62,236 bases of DNA, filler included, from Globobulimina sp. (GCA_003354225.1; 12 parts of 12 records of this genome joined end to end with filler, not necessarily neighbours in it); one strand, 5' to 3'; counted from the whole stretch's first letter, positions 1-11,350 are shown. Numbers and translations are program-made. The notes: generated by a model from the sequence alone, not told the origin.

Positions 1-13
1 CATGTTATACTTA

Positions 14-140
14 TACAAATATATATACATCGGACCTGTGACTTGGCTTCAGACATATTGGTATTGTGCAGGTAAAACCTGCTTTGTGTCTTTTACTTGG
101 CGGTAGAACCTGCCTCACAAAGACGGTGGGATTGAAAATG
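14..140 (+). repeat. Dispersed ~125-bp repeat, copy 1, with GCAGGT-AAA-ACCTGC hairpin
   Basis: Aligns by eye with 4756-4874 (TACAAATATATA..TACATCGGAC..TTGGCTTC..AGACATATTGGTATTG.GCAGGTAAAACCTGC...AAGACG...TTGAAAATG). Confidence 0.85.
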
Positions 141-175
141 AGTTAGTAAGATGTTTTCGTACCTTTAACTTTAAC

Positions 176-3100
176 ATGGCTTCGTTGCTTTACCCAGTAG
201 CTGACTTTCTGTTAATTTATCATTTGCAACATATTGTCCAAAGCCAAGAATCATATCGCTTACCAACAACAATCAGACCCATCCATTATGACTTAGACTT
301 CTTTCCCAAATTTACAGCACCAACTTACGAATTAGATGGTTACAGCCAAATACTAATAAATGTATCTCGGAAACATGTAGAAAATGAAGATATTGATTTA
401 TTAGAATCGCCATTCTCCATTCAAATGAACATTGGTCCAAATATGAGCATCATTGAGAGCCACCTCAATTTCACAGAATTGAACCACACAAATATTACAC
501 AATTAGTTGAGCTCCGACAATATAGCCCAACCACAGAAATTGTAACATTTTATTACAATGTTACCAATCAACAAATATTGAACCATTTAACAAATAATAA
601 TTCATCGCATCCATCAACATACATATTATGCCATTTACATTTCCAATTTGCATATCAAATGAAACGAGCTGGTTTACGAGGACTATATGTCAGTAGTTAT
701 CACTATGAATCCACGAACATTACCGTACGAAATGCTGTTTCATCCTTTGCTTTGCAGTACGCACGATACGCCTTTCCATGTTATGTCTCTCTTCCATCCA
801 TAACACAGATTTATAGTTTACTCACTTTGATGGCACACAAAAGGTTTTGACGAACCTGCATTCAAAGCGGAATTTGATATTGATATCTACGGACCAATTA
901 ATACCACCATATTATCCAACGCCGCAATTGAAACAGAAACCGCGCAAAGCCGTTTTGTGAGTGCCTGTACATATCAATATATTAATGGCGAAGCGCATCA
1001 ATGCAAAGATGTCAAATTTGAGACAACGCCGATAATGAGCACATATATTATCTCACTTATTATTGGATCGTATGACAGCATTTCTGCAGTTGACTCAAAT
1101 GGTATTATTCAAAGTGTTTATGTACCGATCGATGAAAGTGAGCATGGACAGTTTGCGTTGAATGCTGGCTTGCAAATCTTGCCATACTTTGAGGAGATTC
1201 TTGATTTCCAATATCCATTGACTAAGATGGACAATATTGCATTGACACAATTTTCATGGGGCGCATTAGGTACGTATTGTATGTGCAATTTATTCAATTG
1301 TGTATATTCACAAAAATGAATTAAACAGAAAATTTCGGAGCCATCGTATATAGAAAATTATCATTACTGAGTGAGGTTGAAAGCAGTGATCGGCAGTTAG
1401 CCAGCATTGCCACTCTTGTGTCTCACGAATATGCGCATCAATGGTTTGGAAATACTGTGACCTGCGCCTGGTGGGATGATACTTGGCTGAATGAAGGGTT
1501 TGCGTCATTTTTCGGTTATGAAGCCGCGCATATATTTTACCCAAATCTATTGATTTATAGTACCTTTCTAACTGCGATAAATGGTTTGATGATGAGTGAT
1601 GCCTCGATTTTTGTTGCCAGCACCATTGGCGTTGACGTAGAGAGTCAAAGTGATGTATTGGATATGTTTGGTGGCTTACAATATGTGAGGGGCGGTGCTA
1701 TAATACGAATGTTGCAGGGATTTATGGGCAATGCGTCATTTTATGGAGCATTACGAGAATATATTGCAACGTATCAATATAATATTGCTACGTCAGCCGA
1801 TTTATTTGCTATATTGGATATGTACACAGCAAACAGTGGAGTGATGGCGGAATCGTTTACGAAACAAGCTGGAATTCCTGTGGTTTATATGAATATTGAC
1901 AGTAAAACAAGTGAAGAGATAACACTTAAATTAAGACAACAAAGATTGGTAAAGGAAGGTCCAAGTTTCTATGCGAATGATACAAATGGGAAAGATTATG
2001 GTTACAGTAACTTTTCCAGATATTTTGATGGAGAATTAATTGAACAATTTGCGAAACAAAAATGGTGGATTCCAGTGAAAATCGAGACTGTGTCGGATAA
2101 TAAAACCGAAATTAATGCATTAATGAATGAGAGGGAATATTCAATTTCATTTGATAGAGTCACTGATGGTATGTATAATGAATATTATTTATTGAATAGC
2201 GGATTGAAGAGTTATTTTCGTGTTCATTATGATAATGAGTTATTAGCTATGATTAAAGAGTCATGGCATTCGTTATCATTTTGGAGTCAATTTAATATAA
2301 TTACAGATCGATATGAATTAATGGCATATAGCTATGCATCGAGTGTATCATATTTACAATTATTGAAAGATATTATTGATGAAAATGACAATGAATATGA
2401 TTATTTATCATATATTGTGTGGAATATTATAATTGATTCATTTTATACTATTGATGATCGGCTTTGTGTTTCGGATTCAAAGTCAAATGATAAAACGTTG
2501 CAAGCTTTTAGGCGATTTGCAAAACAATTATTGAAACCTGTGTATGTAGATTTGAATGGCTATGACATTGACGAAGCGGATGATACAAATATTTTAAATT
2601 TGCGCAATTCTGTCATTATGGCATTGCTTCGATTTCAGGATGAAAATGTCATTAAAGTTGGAGTTGATATATTGAATGATTTGGATGAGATAATCGTGGA
2701 TGAATTTGGTCAAATTAAAGGAATAAATGGTAATATATTGCAAGCTGTAATTACTGCAGCCATTGCCTCAATGGATAAAGATTTTTATCATTTATTGTTT
2801 GCTTTATATGGTAAAAGTGATGGTGTTCAAAGAGGTTACATTCGCTTTGCGTGGAGCACATTATATTGGAATAAAGATATTGTAATGGAAACATATGAAT
2901 ATATTTTGAGGGGACATGCGGTGAACGGCACAATATTTGAGTTTTCACCGAGTGATAAAGTGAATGGATTGAATAATTTGGCGAGCTGTACAGCGAATGG
3001 ATATGTTTGGGATGGATTGGGAGCTGATAATAATAATAGTTTTAATGGAACAGACTGGCAAATGTTATTTGAGGCAGGATCGAGTATTAATACTTTAATT

Positions 3101-3493
3101 CGAATGGTTGACACATTTGCGACAAGCAATAGATATGATGAAGTTTATAGGTTTTATTATGGAGAGAATGGTGCTTTACATAGAAATGAAAATAGTGAAA
3201 GAGTGATTAATCAAACTTTAGAAAGTATTGCAATGAATACAATGTGGATAATAAATAATCGACAAGAAATGGAGGAATATTTGGTTGAGGATGGTGATGA
3301 GGGATTGGAAGCGTATAAAATTGTATTTATTGTGGTTGGATGCATATTGTTTTGTATTATATTGTTTATACTGTTTTATTATTGCAAAAAAAGAAAAAGA
3401 AAAAGAACAGCAAACTTTAAACCTTATGCACAAATGACTTCTGATATTGATATTGGACATGGATATGGTGCTACTCATACAACTCGTAATTAA
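176..3493 (+). CDS. M1-family zinc aminopeptidase (aminopeptidase N-like), 3 exons, C-terminal TM helix
   Basis: Removing GT-AG introns 780-843 and 1270-1328 restores AFPC|FDEP and the GAL|EN motif in frame. HEYAH-x18-E (WLNEGFA) zinc site present; hydrophobic helix near C-terminus. Confidence 0.93.
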
Positions 3494-3514
3494 ATATTGA
3501 ATTTTTCACACTAA

Positions 3515-4708
3515 TCAAACAAAAATGGAATCAAATCCAAGTTGCAATATCTGTTCATTTAAATACTTACCAATCACAACCATTTTGCATAAGCATGCTT
3601 GTTTGTTATTATTATTATTGTCGATCCATTTTGTATTTCCTTGTTCAATTTCATATAAATCTTGCACAGCTGATAAATAATGATTGCTTCCATCCTTTGT
3701 CGGCAAAACTGCCTTCATTCGATAAATATCCATTTTATTGTCATTTGAATTGTCATTATCATTGCTTTTATTCTCTGCATCGTTGGTTTCTTGATATTGA
3801 TACTGATCATTCCATAATAACTCACTGAGCCAATCATTGACCTTATCCAAATCAACACATTTCTCGACACATTCCATATTAAAACTTTTTATATTCGCAT
3901 CGTGTGCACAGATCATATGATTCATGTCCTCATTCTCTTTGTTTTCCACTTCTTTATCAATGATAATATTGTTTTGTTTCAATAACATATCAAAGTTTGG
4001 TGGCTTAATAATATCATATGCGCGAATATAGAGCACCTCCGATAATTTATCAATTTTCGACCTTTCTGTGATTAAAATCTGTCCGACATTATTTATCGAA
4101 TGAATGAGTGACTGCAACTTATCCAAATCTGTCTGATTTTGGATTAAATCTTTTTTATTTATCAATATTTTGTCGGCGTAGGCAATTTGATGAATGATCT
4201 GCAATGATTGTTTGTCATTCACTCTCTCATCATCAGTATCCTTCAAATATGCTGTCAAATATTTGCCATCCACAACAGACAATACTCCATCTAAATAAAT
4301 TGAGGATTCTAAGTCCTGATCGATCCAAAACATTGAGATTATTTTTGCAGGATCAGCCATTCCGGAACATTCTAATAAAATATAATTATATTTCTTCTGT
4401 GATGCTAACTGTTCCACCGCCAATGCAAAATTATCACGAACAGAACAACAAACGCATCCATTTGCGAGTTCCACCACATTTGTGAATATTGCACCATCTG
4501 AGCCGGACATAAATGCATCTTCGACACCGTTGCTTGAATCACCAAATTCGTTTTGTATTATGGCCACTTTCTTATTCTCATTAATTAATAATTGTAATAG
4601 GTTGTTGATTAAAGTGGTTTTGCCAGAGCCTAAGAATCCAGTCACAATGGTTAATGGAATCACTTCTTGCTCTTCTGTTTGCGGCAAATCAGTAGAAACA
4701 ACTGCCAT
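3515..4708 (-). CDS. ZNG1: COG0523/CobW-family GTPase metallochaperone (ZNG1/CBWD-like)
   Basis: GFLGSGKTT Walker A, NEFG, GCVCC metal motif, ECSG, NKxD, and CobW_C-like C-terminus (YRMKA..VQDLYE..VVIG). Confidence 0.9.
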   Translation of the reverse strand: MAVVSTDLPQTEEQEVIPLTIVTGFLGSGKTTLINNLLQLLINENKKVAIIQNEFGDSSNGVEDAFMSGSDGAIFTNVVELANGCVCCSVRDNFALAVEQLASQKKYNYILLECSGMADPAKIISMFWIDQDLESSIYLDGVLSVVDGKYLTAYLKDTDDERVNDKQSLQIIHQIAYADKILINKKDLIQNQTDLDKLQSLIHSINNVGQILITERSKIDKLSEVLYIRAYDIIKPPNFDMLLKQNNIIIDKEVENKENEDMNHMICAHDANIKSFNMECVEKCVDLDKVNDWLSELLWNDQYQYQETNDAENKSNDNDNSNDNKMDIYRMKAVLPTKDGSNHYLSAVQDLYEIEQGNTKWIDNNNNNKQACLCKMVVIGKYLNEQILQLGFDSIFV

Positions 4709-4755
4709 GTAATGCCTTCAAAACTTTTAACGGAAAGTCAATTAGTTTACTTTAC

Positions 4756-4874
4756 TACAAATATATAATATACATCGGACATGTGGCTTGGCTTCGATCA
4801 GACATATTGGTATTGCGCAGGTAAAACCTGCCTTGAAAATGATATATTGCGTTAAGACGACAGGGTTGAAAATG
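4756..4874 (+). repeat. Dispersed repeat, copy 2
   Basis: Direct-orientation diverged copy of 14-140; hairpin at 4817-4831. Confidence 0.85.
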
Positions 4875-4932
4875 GTCGATAAAAATTACCCACTGCGGAG
4901 TCTGCACCTTGAAAAAAACCCGCTAATCAGTA

Positions 4933-5105
4933 ATGTCAACAGAAGCAACACCAAACGCATTTGAAGCAGGTGATGATGCAGAATTGTCAGAGTCTGGCAG
5001 TGAAACCGAATGGATTGATACAGACACGTCTTCTTGGGCTCGTCCATCTGGGTTGGTAGCAAAACATTTTAAAGAAGATGCTCAGGACAATGAAACACTT
5101 TACAT
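4933..5105 (+). CDS. Hypothetical protein N-terminus, truncated by contig end
   Basis: ATG-initiated acidic ORF that runs into the spacer. Confidence 0.45.
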
Positions 5106-5205
5106 NNNNNNNNNNNNNNNNNNNNNNNNNNNNNNNNNNNNNNNNNNNNTTAATTAATTAANNNNNNNNNNNNNNNNNNNNNNNNNNNNNNNNNNNNNNN
5201 NNNNN
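5106..5205. other. Artificial contig spacer (first of 11)
   Basis: N run, TTAATTAATTAA (stops in all six frames), N run; 100 bp; recurs about every 5.2 kb. Confidence 0.99.
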
Positions 5206-5293
5206 GAGACACAAACGATCGAGGACATTAAGCTCAAAGCAAAACTTTTTTGTCTTCGCAGCATCAAAAACAATGGATGCCCGTAGCAGCGAA

Positions 5294-5790
5294 TTTATTA
5301 TGGTATTTATGGCGGCGAAGCCGCCTCATTGTAGTTATTATGGTATTCATGGCGGCGAAGCCGCATCATTCTATTTATTATGGTATTATGGCGGCGAAGC
5401 CGCCTCATTGTATTGTATTATTTATTGTATTTATGGCGGCGAAGCCGCCTCATTATATTGTATTTATTTTGGTATTTATGGCGGCGAAGCCGCTTCATCA
5501 GCAGATATTGCATTTATTTATGATATTTATGGCGGCGAAGCCGCCGCATCTTATTTATTTTGGTATTTATGGCGGCGAAGCCGCCGCATCGAATTCTATT
5601 TATTATGGTATTATGGCGGCGAAGCCGTCGCATCGTATTCTATTTATTTTGGTATTTATTTATGGTATCTATGGCGGCGAAGCCGTCATCGTATTTATTG
5701 TGGTATTTATGGCGGCGAAGCCGCCGCATCAGTCGATATTGTATTTATTTTGCTATTTATGGCGGCGGAGCCGCCGCATCAGTCGATATC
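5294..5790 (+). repeat. Tandem array of 11 GGCGGC-GAA-GCCGCC hairpin units with AT-rich linkers
   Basis: Cores start at 5311, 5351, 5390, 5435, 5480, 5531, 5571, 5615, 5673, 5711 and 5761; spacing 38-58 bp. Confidence 0.95.
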
Positions 5791-5801
5791 CATATAAAAT
5801 A

Positions 5802-5865
5802 GTGATGATAGCTCAATACGAGCATCTTATTAAAGAAGATTTGGGTCTAAATCCCAATCATCACA
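5802..5865 (+). ncRNA. Minimal tRNA-like cloverleaf, copy 1 (TAA in anticodon position, no variable loop)
   Basis: GTGATGA TA GCTC aatac GAGC ATCTT attaaag AAGAT TTGGG tctaaat CCCAA TCATCAC A: perfect 7/4/5/5-bp stems; T-rich tract downstream. Confidence 0.65.
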
Positions 5866-6167
5866 TATTTAATTTTTGTTTTTTTGTTTCTATTTATGAT
5901 ATCTAGGGACTATAAAAGTGTTTTTTTGTTTCTGTTTTATAATTCTTGTATACAATAATAGGTTTTTGCATAGCATAATAAAAGTAAAATAAAGTTACTT
6001 TTATAGGCGTTTTTGGGAATAAAATTTCATTTTAGGGAAACGCAAGCTTTTAATTGACACAAATGTTTCTGTATTTTAATTTCTGTGAAAACCTTTCAAG
6101 AGTAAGTATTAGTATTTTATCAGAAGTCAGTAAAATCGAGGCTGGTAACGAGTGATGATAGCTCATT

Positions 6168-6229
6168 GTGATGATAGCTCATGGAGCATCTTATCAAATA
6201 AGATTTGGGTTCAAATCCCAATCATCACA
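6168..6229 (+). ncRNA. Minimal tRNA-like cloverleaf, copy 2 (CAA in anticodon position)
   Basis: GTGATGA TA GCTC atg GAGC ATCTT atcaaat AAGAT TTGGG ttcaaat CCCAA TCATCAC A, then TTTTTT. B-box GGTTCAAATCC and A-box-like TAGCTCATGG. Confidence 0.72.
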
Positions 6230-6351
6230 TTTTTTGTTTTTTATTTTGTGATGCAGCCAATGTTTGTTTTTATTATGTACAAGTTGTGTTTTTCTTTTCT
6301 ATTTTACTACCTCTAGGGCTTTTGACAAAGGAATTTCTGAAAAGGAAGGAT

Positions 6352-6598
6352 CATATCCTTCCCATATCCTTCCCATATCCTTCCTATATCCTTCCTATAT
6401 GTATCCAAGATATATCCAGATGTATCTCAGATATATCTGATGTATCTCCGATGTATCTCAGATATATCCAGATATATCTCAGATATATATCAACGTATCG
6501 AGATACATCTGAGATACATCTGAGATATATCTAGATAGATCTGAGATACATCTGAGATACATCTGGTTATATCTGAGATACATCCAAGATACATCTGG
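6352..6598. repeat. 11-bp-period minisatellite that switches polarity (long imperfect palindrome)
   Basis: (CCCATATCCTT)n, then (AGATGTATCTC)n, then the reverse complement (GAGATACATCT)n after about 6495. Confidence 0.85.
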
Positions 6599-6606
6599 TT
6601 TGTTGA

Positions 6607-9600
6607 TTGCGACACGCTGATGCCATACGACGCAATATTATATTAAGACAATTCATATTCGATCGACACGCAGATATTTTCAGACATTGCACAAAATTGC
6701 AGCAACATGAACATCATTTACAAAAATATGATTTTGACATTAGTATTGGTAAAGAATTCAAGCCATATTTATTATGTTTAGAACATAAATGTATCGTTAA
6801 AATGAAATCGATGCAAAATGTTGAACGACATTTACAAAATTTACACAAACCATTATATGACCAATTTATTAAAGAAGAGTCGTGGACTGAAAGGAAACCA
6901 AAAACATTAGAATCAAAAACAGAAACATTAGAAACAGATATTGGTAAACAAAGAAACAGAGAGTGGGAAACCTGCGATAATAAAAATTACAGAAACAAGA
7001 ATAAGAAACAAAAATTGTGCACAGAGAGTGAAAATGATGAGCCATATAATGATGATTTATTAGATGACTATGAATGGAGCAAATATCTGCCAGCATTAAG
7101 TGATGAAAATGAGGACGATGACGTTTTAAAGAATAATATCACAAATAATAATGCAGCAAATTTTAATTTTGAAAATAATGATAATAAATCAAATAAATCA
7201 CATTTATCAACAACAAATTCAACATCAACACCAACACCGATACCGTTACCAATAACATTTGCAAATATATGTAAATTCAATGTCGATTTACCAAATATTG
7301 ATGATATTACAGCACAAATAAAAGATTTAAATGCCATAAATTTACCACCTTTGCATTTACCATCAAAGCAAACACCATTTTCAATTTCAACATTATCTCC
7401 AATATCATCGCCAACAGCAACGCCAACAGCAACGCCAACATCATCGCCAACAGCAACTCCAACTGCAACACCAACAGCATCGGCAACAAAAATAACAGCA
7501 GAAAAGGCAAAAGAATGTAATTTATTTAGTATTGAGCCCAAACCAAATGACTCAGAAACACCTTCAACAAAACCACCGACTTTAAAAGAGTTCAATGCAT
7601 TTTTTGAAGAGGCCAAAGTTATAAAAAAAACAAAAATAAACAATACAAAGTTAAGTGTGAATTTTTATACACTTTTGTATAATACAAAATATCTCAAATT
7701 TAGTGGTGGTTTTGCCTGCAATGATATCATTGAAATAGATTTAAATGGATTACAATATAATGGGTGGTCAGTATCAAAATGTAATTATAACGATGGATAT
7801 TCATTATGTCAATGGTGTAGTATTAGGAAAATTGAATATTTTCATTGGGGTCCAACTATGAAAAATCACCTCATTGTTCATGTTAAACAATGCGTTAATC
7901 ACAAACCGTATGAAATTGTTAATTTATTATTTGAAAAAAGAAAAATTGAGATTATTGCACCTGAATTTATTACGCCGCATCCATTTATTATACGATTAAT
8001 TGATACGTTTGATAAAAATAATAAAAAATATAAAACAAGCAAACAAATTATAAGAAGCGCAGTAAGCAACACAGGATATTTTATATCAAAAGAATTATAT
8101 AACACAATTTTTAAAAATCTATTGAAAAAAATGAATTTGCGACGAACATGGGATCAAATTAATATTTTATATCAAAATCAAGAAAATGAGCGAGTTTTGC
8201 AGCAAACGAAGTAGATAAATAATGCAAATACAGCAAATATCATATTTAGTTATACATTTTTTAGGGGAGTAATAATTGCATCATTTACTGATATAACAAT
8301 TTATTTTGTTAATAAAATATATGATGAATTGCATACAATTCCATGGCAAGAATATAATGTCGACGGTGTGGAATCGTGTACAAAATATAAAGTATACAAT
8401 TTAGGCCATAAAAAAATTGGATACAAAAACGGCCATTGTTTACTATATAATGAGTTGGGATGGATTGTGGGTGATATTCCATTACAAAATGCCATTGAAT
8501 CAAATGACAACATTGGTAATTTTATTAGAGATTCAATATGGAGACAAATAACACATCCAAGAAGTGTTCGTGCGCATTTATTAAAAATTAAATTCGGTAC
8601 AGACGCAGCAAAAAAACATGGAAACGTTATTGTTTCCACTATTAAGCCAGGATTAAAACAGTTATGTTTGGATTATCAAAAAAATCATAAATTGGAACAA
8701 AATTATAACAATTTCGAAATAAATGGACATAAATATGATTTTGATAAAGTCAATGGGCTTATTGCCAAAGAAATAACTCATATTGTTCGAAAATCGACAA
8801 ATTTAATACCTATAAATCACCAAGAATATGAAGCATTGTCTGAGGCATTTTGGGCTGTTAATTATCGCTCGAAAATAGCCACAAATTTTATTGATATTAC
8901 CGATTATAAACAATTTATAATTAATGAAGAACAAAAAACGATTGATTTAAATACTTTGATTGGAAAATATAAATTAAAATATTCATTTGAAGAGTTATGT
9001 AAATTCCAATCGATATTTAAAATGTGGTGTTATTTAAAAGAGACAGAATCATTAGAATTAAAACAAACGATTTTAGATAAATTAAATAAGCAAAACGAAG
9101 TTAAAAAGCAAGTCTCTAATTTGATTGTGCATTTTGTTACAATTTATCCTCCAGAATTTGCATACCGTTTGCTGTCAATATTACATTTTGGTACTTGTTG
9201 GGATGATTTATTAGATGTTAAGCAACAAATTGATTTAAAATGCATTAAAAATGAGACGATTTATTTAGTAAAAATTACAGAATTCACAGTACCGCCCCCA
9301 ATTTATAATGAAATGTTATTATTTGCAATCCCTGAATTTGATGGTAAATTATTTGATGAATATGCATATAAAAACAAGTGTTTCCAGACACCTCGACATT
9401 GCCAATCATATTCATTAGCATTATATTGGTGGTTTAATAAAGTTACAATTTTTGCGCATCCATCAGAGACGAAACCAGTGATAAATACAGATAGAAAAAA
9501 GTGGAAAACACGACTTAATGTCTTGTATAATATGGTACATATTTTAGCGATTTATAATGGTAAATTTTGGAGTAATTTTAAGCAAATGTGTTCAAACAAA

Positions 9601-10310
9601 AATGAAGTCTGACATTTTAGATGGATACGATTATTGGATTATATAAAAATATATTTATTTTAAATGAGAATTATTACAACTTACGCGCTGAAATTGAAGA
9701 AGAATTACGCGCTGAAATTATGAATTTATGTATTGCTTTATTTAAAATGTTTGATGAATTAATTAATATATAATATGCGTTTTTTGGATAAATTATTTAT
9801 AGAAAATGGTGAGTTTATTAATTTGTCATTTAATGGATATAAAAATGTTGATAAAATGCCAGTTGATCAATTTAAAGAGTTGCATAATATGCATTCATCC
9901 AAACATAAAAAAATAAAATCATTTTGTTTAAAAAAATTAATGGTTATAATTCAAAAAAAATATGATCCATCAAACAATAAATTGGACGATAGAATAATTA
10001 ATGAAATATCATCGTTGCCCGCATACGAATCGTTCACTAAATTTGAGATTTTTAATAAAATATTTCGTTTTTTCAAATCGTTTGTTGTATATAATCTGTT
10101 TTTTTTTGTATATATTTATTGTTTATAATATGCAGAGTACATAGGACTACATGGGATGGTATGATTGAACAACAGCAAAAAATTAAAAAGAAAAAGAAAA
10201 GCAATTCATTACTGAGACGAAAACATTGTCAAACAAAATTGAAAAAAAAACCCAAAATCATTAAAGTACCATCTTTTGCTGTATTTGTTAATGAAAAAGG
10301 AGAAAAATTG
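6607..10310 (+). CDS. Large multi-exon orphan protein with BED-like and Cys/His zinc-finger motifs; start and 3' exons uncertain
   Basis: Intron 8211-8264 joins ORFs 6607-8214 and 8329-9612 in frame; probable intron 9535-9620. Motifs CLEHKC..NVERHLQNLH and CQWC..NHLIVHVKQC; PTAT-rich linker. Confidence 0.6.
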
Positions 10311-10410
10311 NNNNNNNNNNNNNNNNNNNNNNNNNNNNNNNNNNNNNNNNNNNNTTAATTAATTAANNNNNNNNNNNNNNNNNNNNNNNNNNNNNNNNNN
10401 NNNNNNNNNN

Positions 10411-11242
10411 TATATAGTAATTATATGTTGAATCATGGAGATGTAAAAAGGAGATATGCGGCCACCTATCATCCAGAATGTAATGGTCAAATTGAGCGAT
10501 TACATCGTTGGTTGAAGGAAAGGCTCGCATTAATTGCCCAAGACGGAGGGCTTAACTTTTTGAATGGGACCGATGATTGGTCCGATTACCTCCCAATCAT
10601 CCAATATACATACAATTCATTGCCGAACAGTATGACTACGTACTCGCCCATGAATATCGTATTTGGCCGCGATCCGTATAAAATATTGGATTACGTGTTC
10701 GACCGTGATAATCCATTGGAATATACCAGATTTATGGCCAATCGCCTGAATATAATACGAAATATATGCGGATGCAATGCCCGTAATGATAAATTGCCGC
10801 CATCGCCAATATCGCCAAATAATGAGTTTTGTAATTATTGCGATTTTGCGTAATCGGAATTTGGTTTGCCGCGATCGTCAGATTCATTAAATGATTAATG
10901 GACAATTGCCGCGATCGGCGAATTGACCCATTTTGGACTGACCATCGAGGCCGTGATGATGGGTGATTCAAACATCAATTGATTACCAAGTCAATCAATG
11001 AATGAATCGGGTTCAAGACGTAAAGCCAAGAAACCATGGTTGCCGAGGACAAAGGCAGAGAAAAGAAGTTTTTTGTTTTTGATGAAAGACTAAGAAAATT
11101 CAAGAACTTTAAATAAAAAAAAAGGGAGTAATGTAGTATATTAACATATTATACCCCCTATTGTAAGCCCCTAAGCTAAAACTATTCCTAGTCCTTAAAT
11201 TGGTACTTCACCATTCCTAGTAAGAAGTCACGATATACCACA
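10411..11242 (+). mobile_element. 3' remnant of Ty3/Gypsy-type LTR retrotransposon (integrase core fragment, PPT, LTR)
   Basis: YHPECNGQIERLHRWLK...WSDYLPIIQYTYNS...YSPMNIVFGR is the second half of an rve integrase. PPT AAAAAAAAAGGGAG at 11115-11128. Confidence 0.88.
11132..11242 (+). repeat. Putative 111-bp 3' LTR
   Basis: Begins TGTAGTATAT 3 bp after the PPT and ends ATATACCACA (9/10 inverted match, TG...CA). Confidence 0.7.
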
Positions 11243-11350
11243 GTTGTATAGGTAATAGTAACAAAAAGAACAAGATGCTGCTGCTGCAGTAAGTACAAAA
11301 ATCAGCAAAAATGGAAAACGTAATAAACAGTCCATACTTCATATTATTAA

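Noticed and set aside
5294-5790. CRISPR array interpretation of the palindromic repeats
   Set aside because: Linkers are short, AT-rich and related to each other rather than unique; no cas genes; eukaryotic context.
5250-5906. ORFs with MAAKPP / YGGEAA / LWRRSR repeats
   Set aside because: Translations of the hairpin array in three frames; unit lengths are not multiples of three.
5802-6229. Calling the cloverleaves ordinary tRNA-Leu genes
   Set aside because: No variable arm, no base 26, D-loops lack the usual GG context, and copy 1 has a non-canonical T-loop; reported as tRNA-like ncRNA instead.
6205-6534. 109-aa ORF
   Set aside because: Runs through the tRNA-like unit and the minisatellite.
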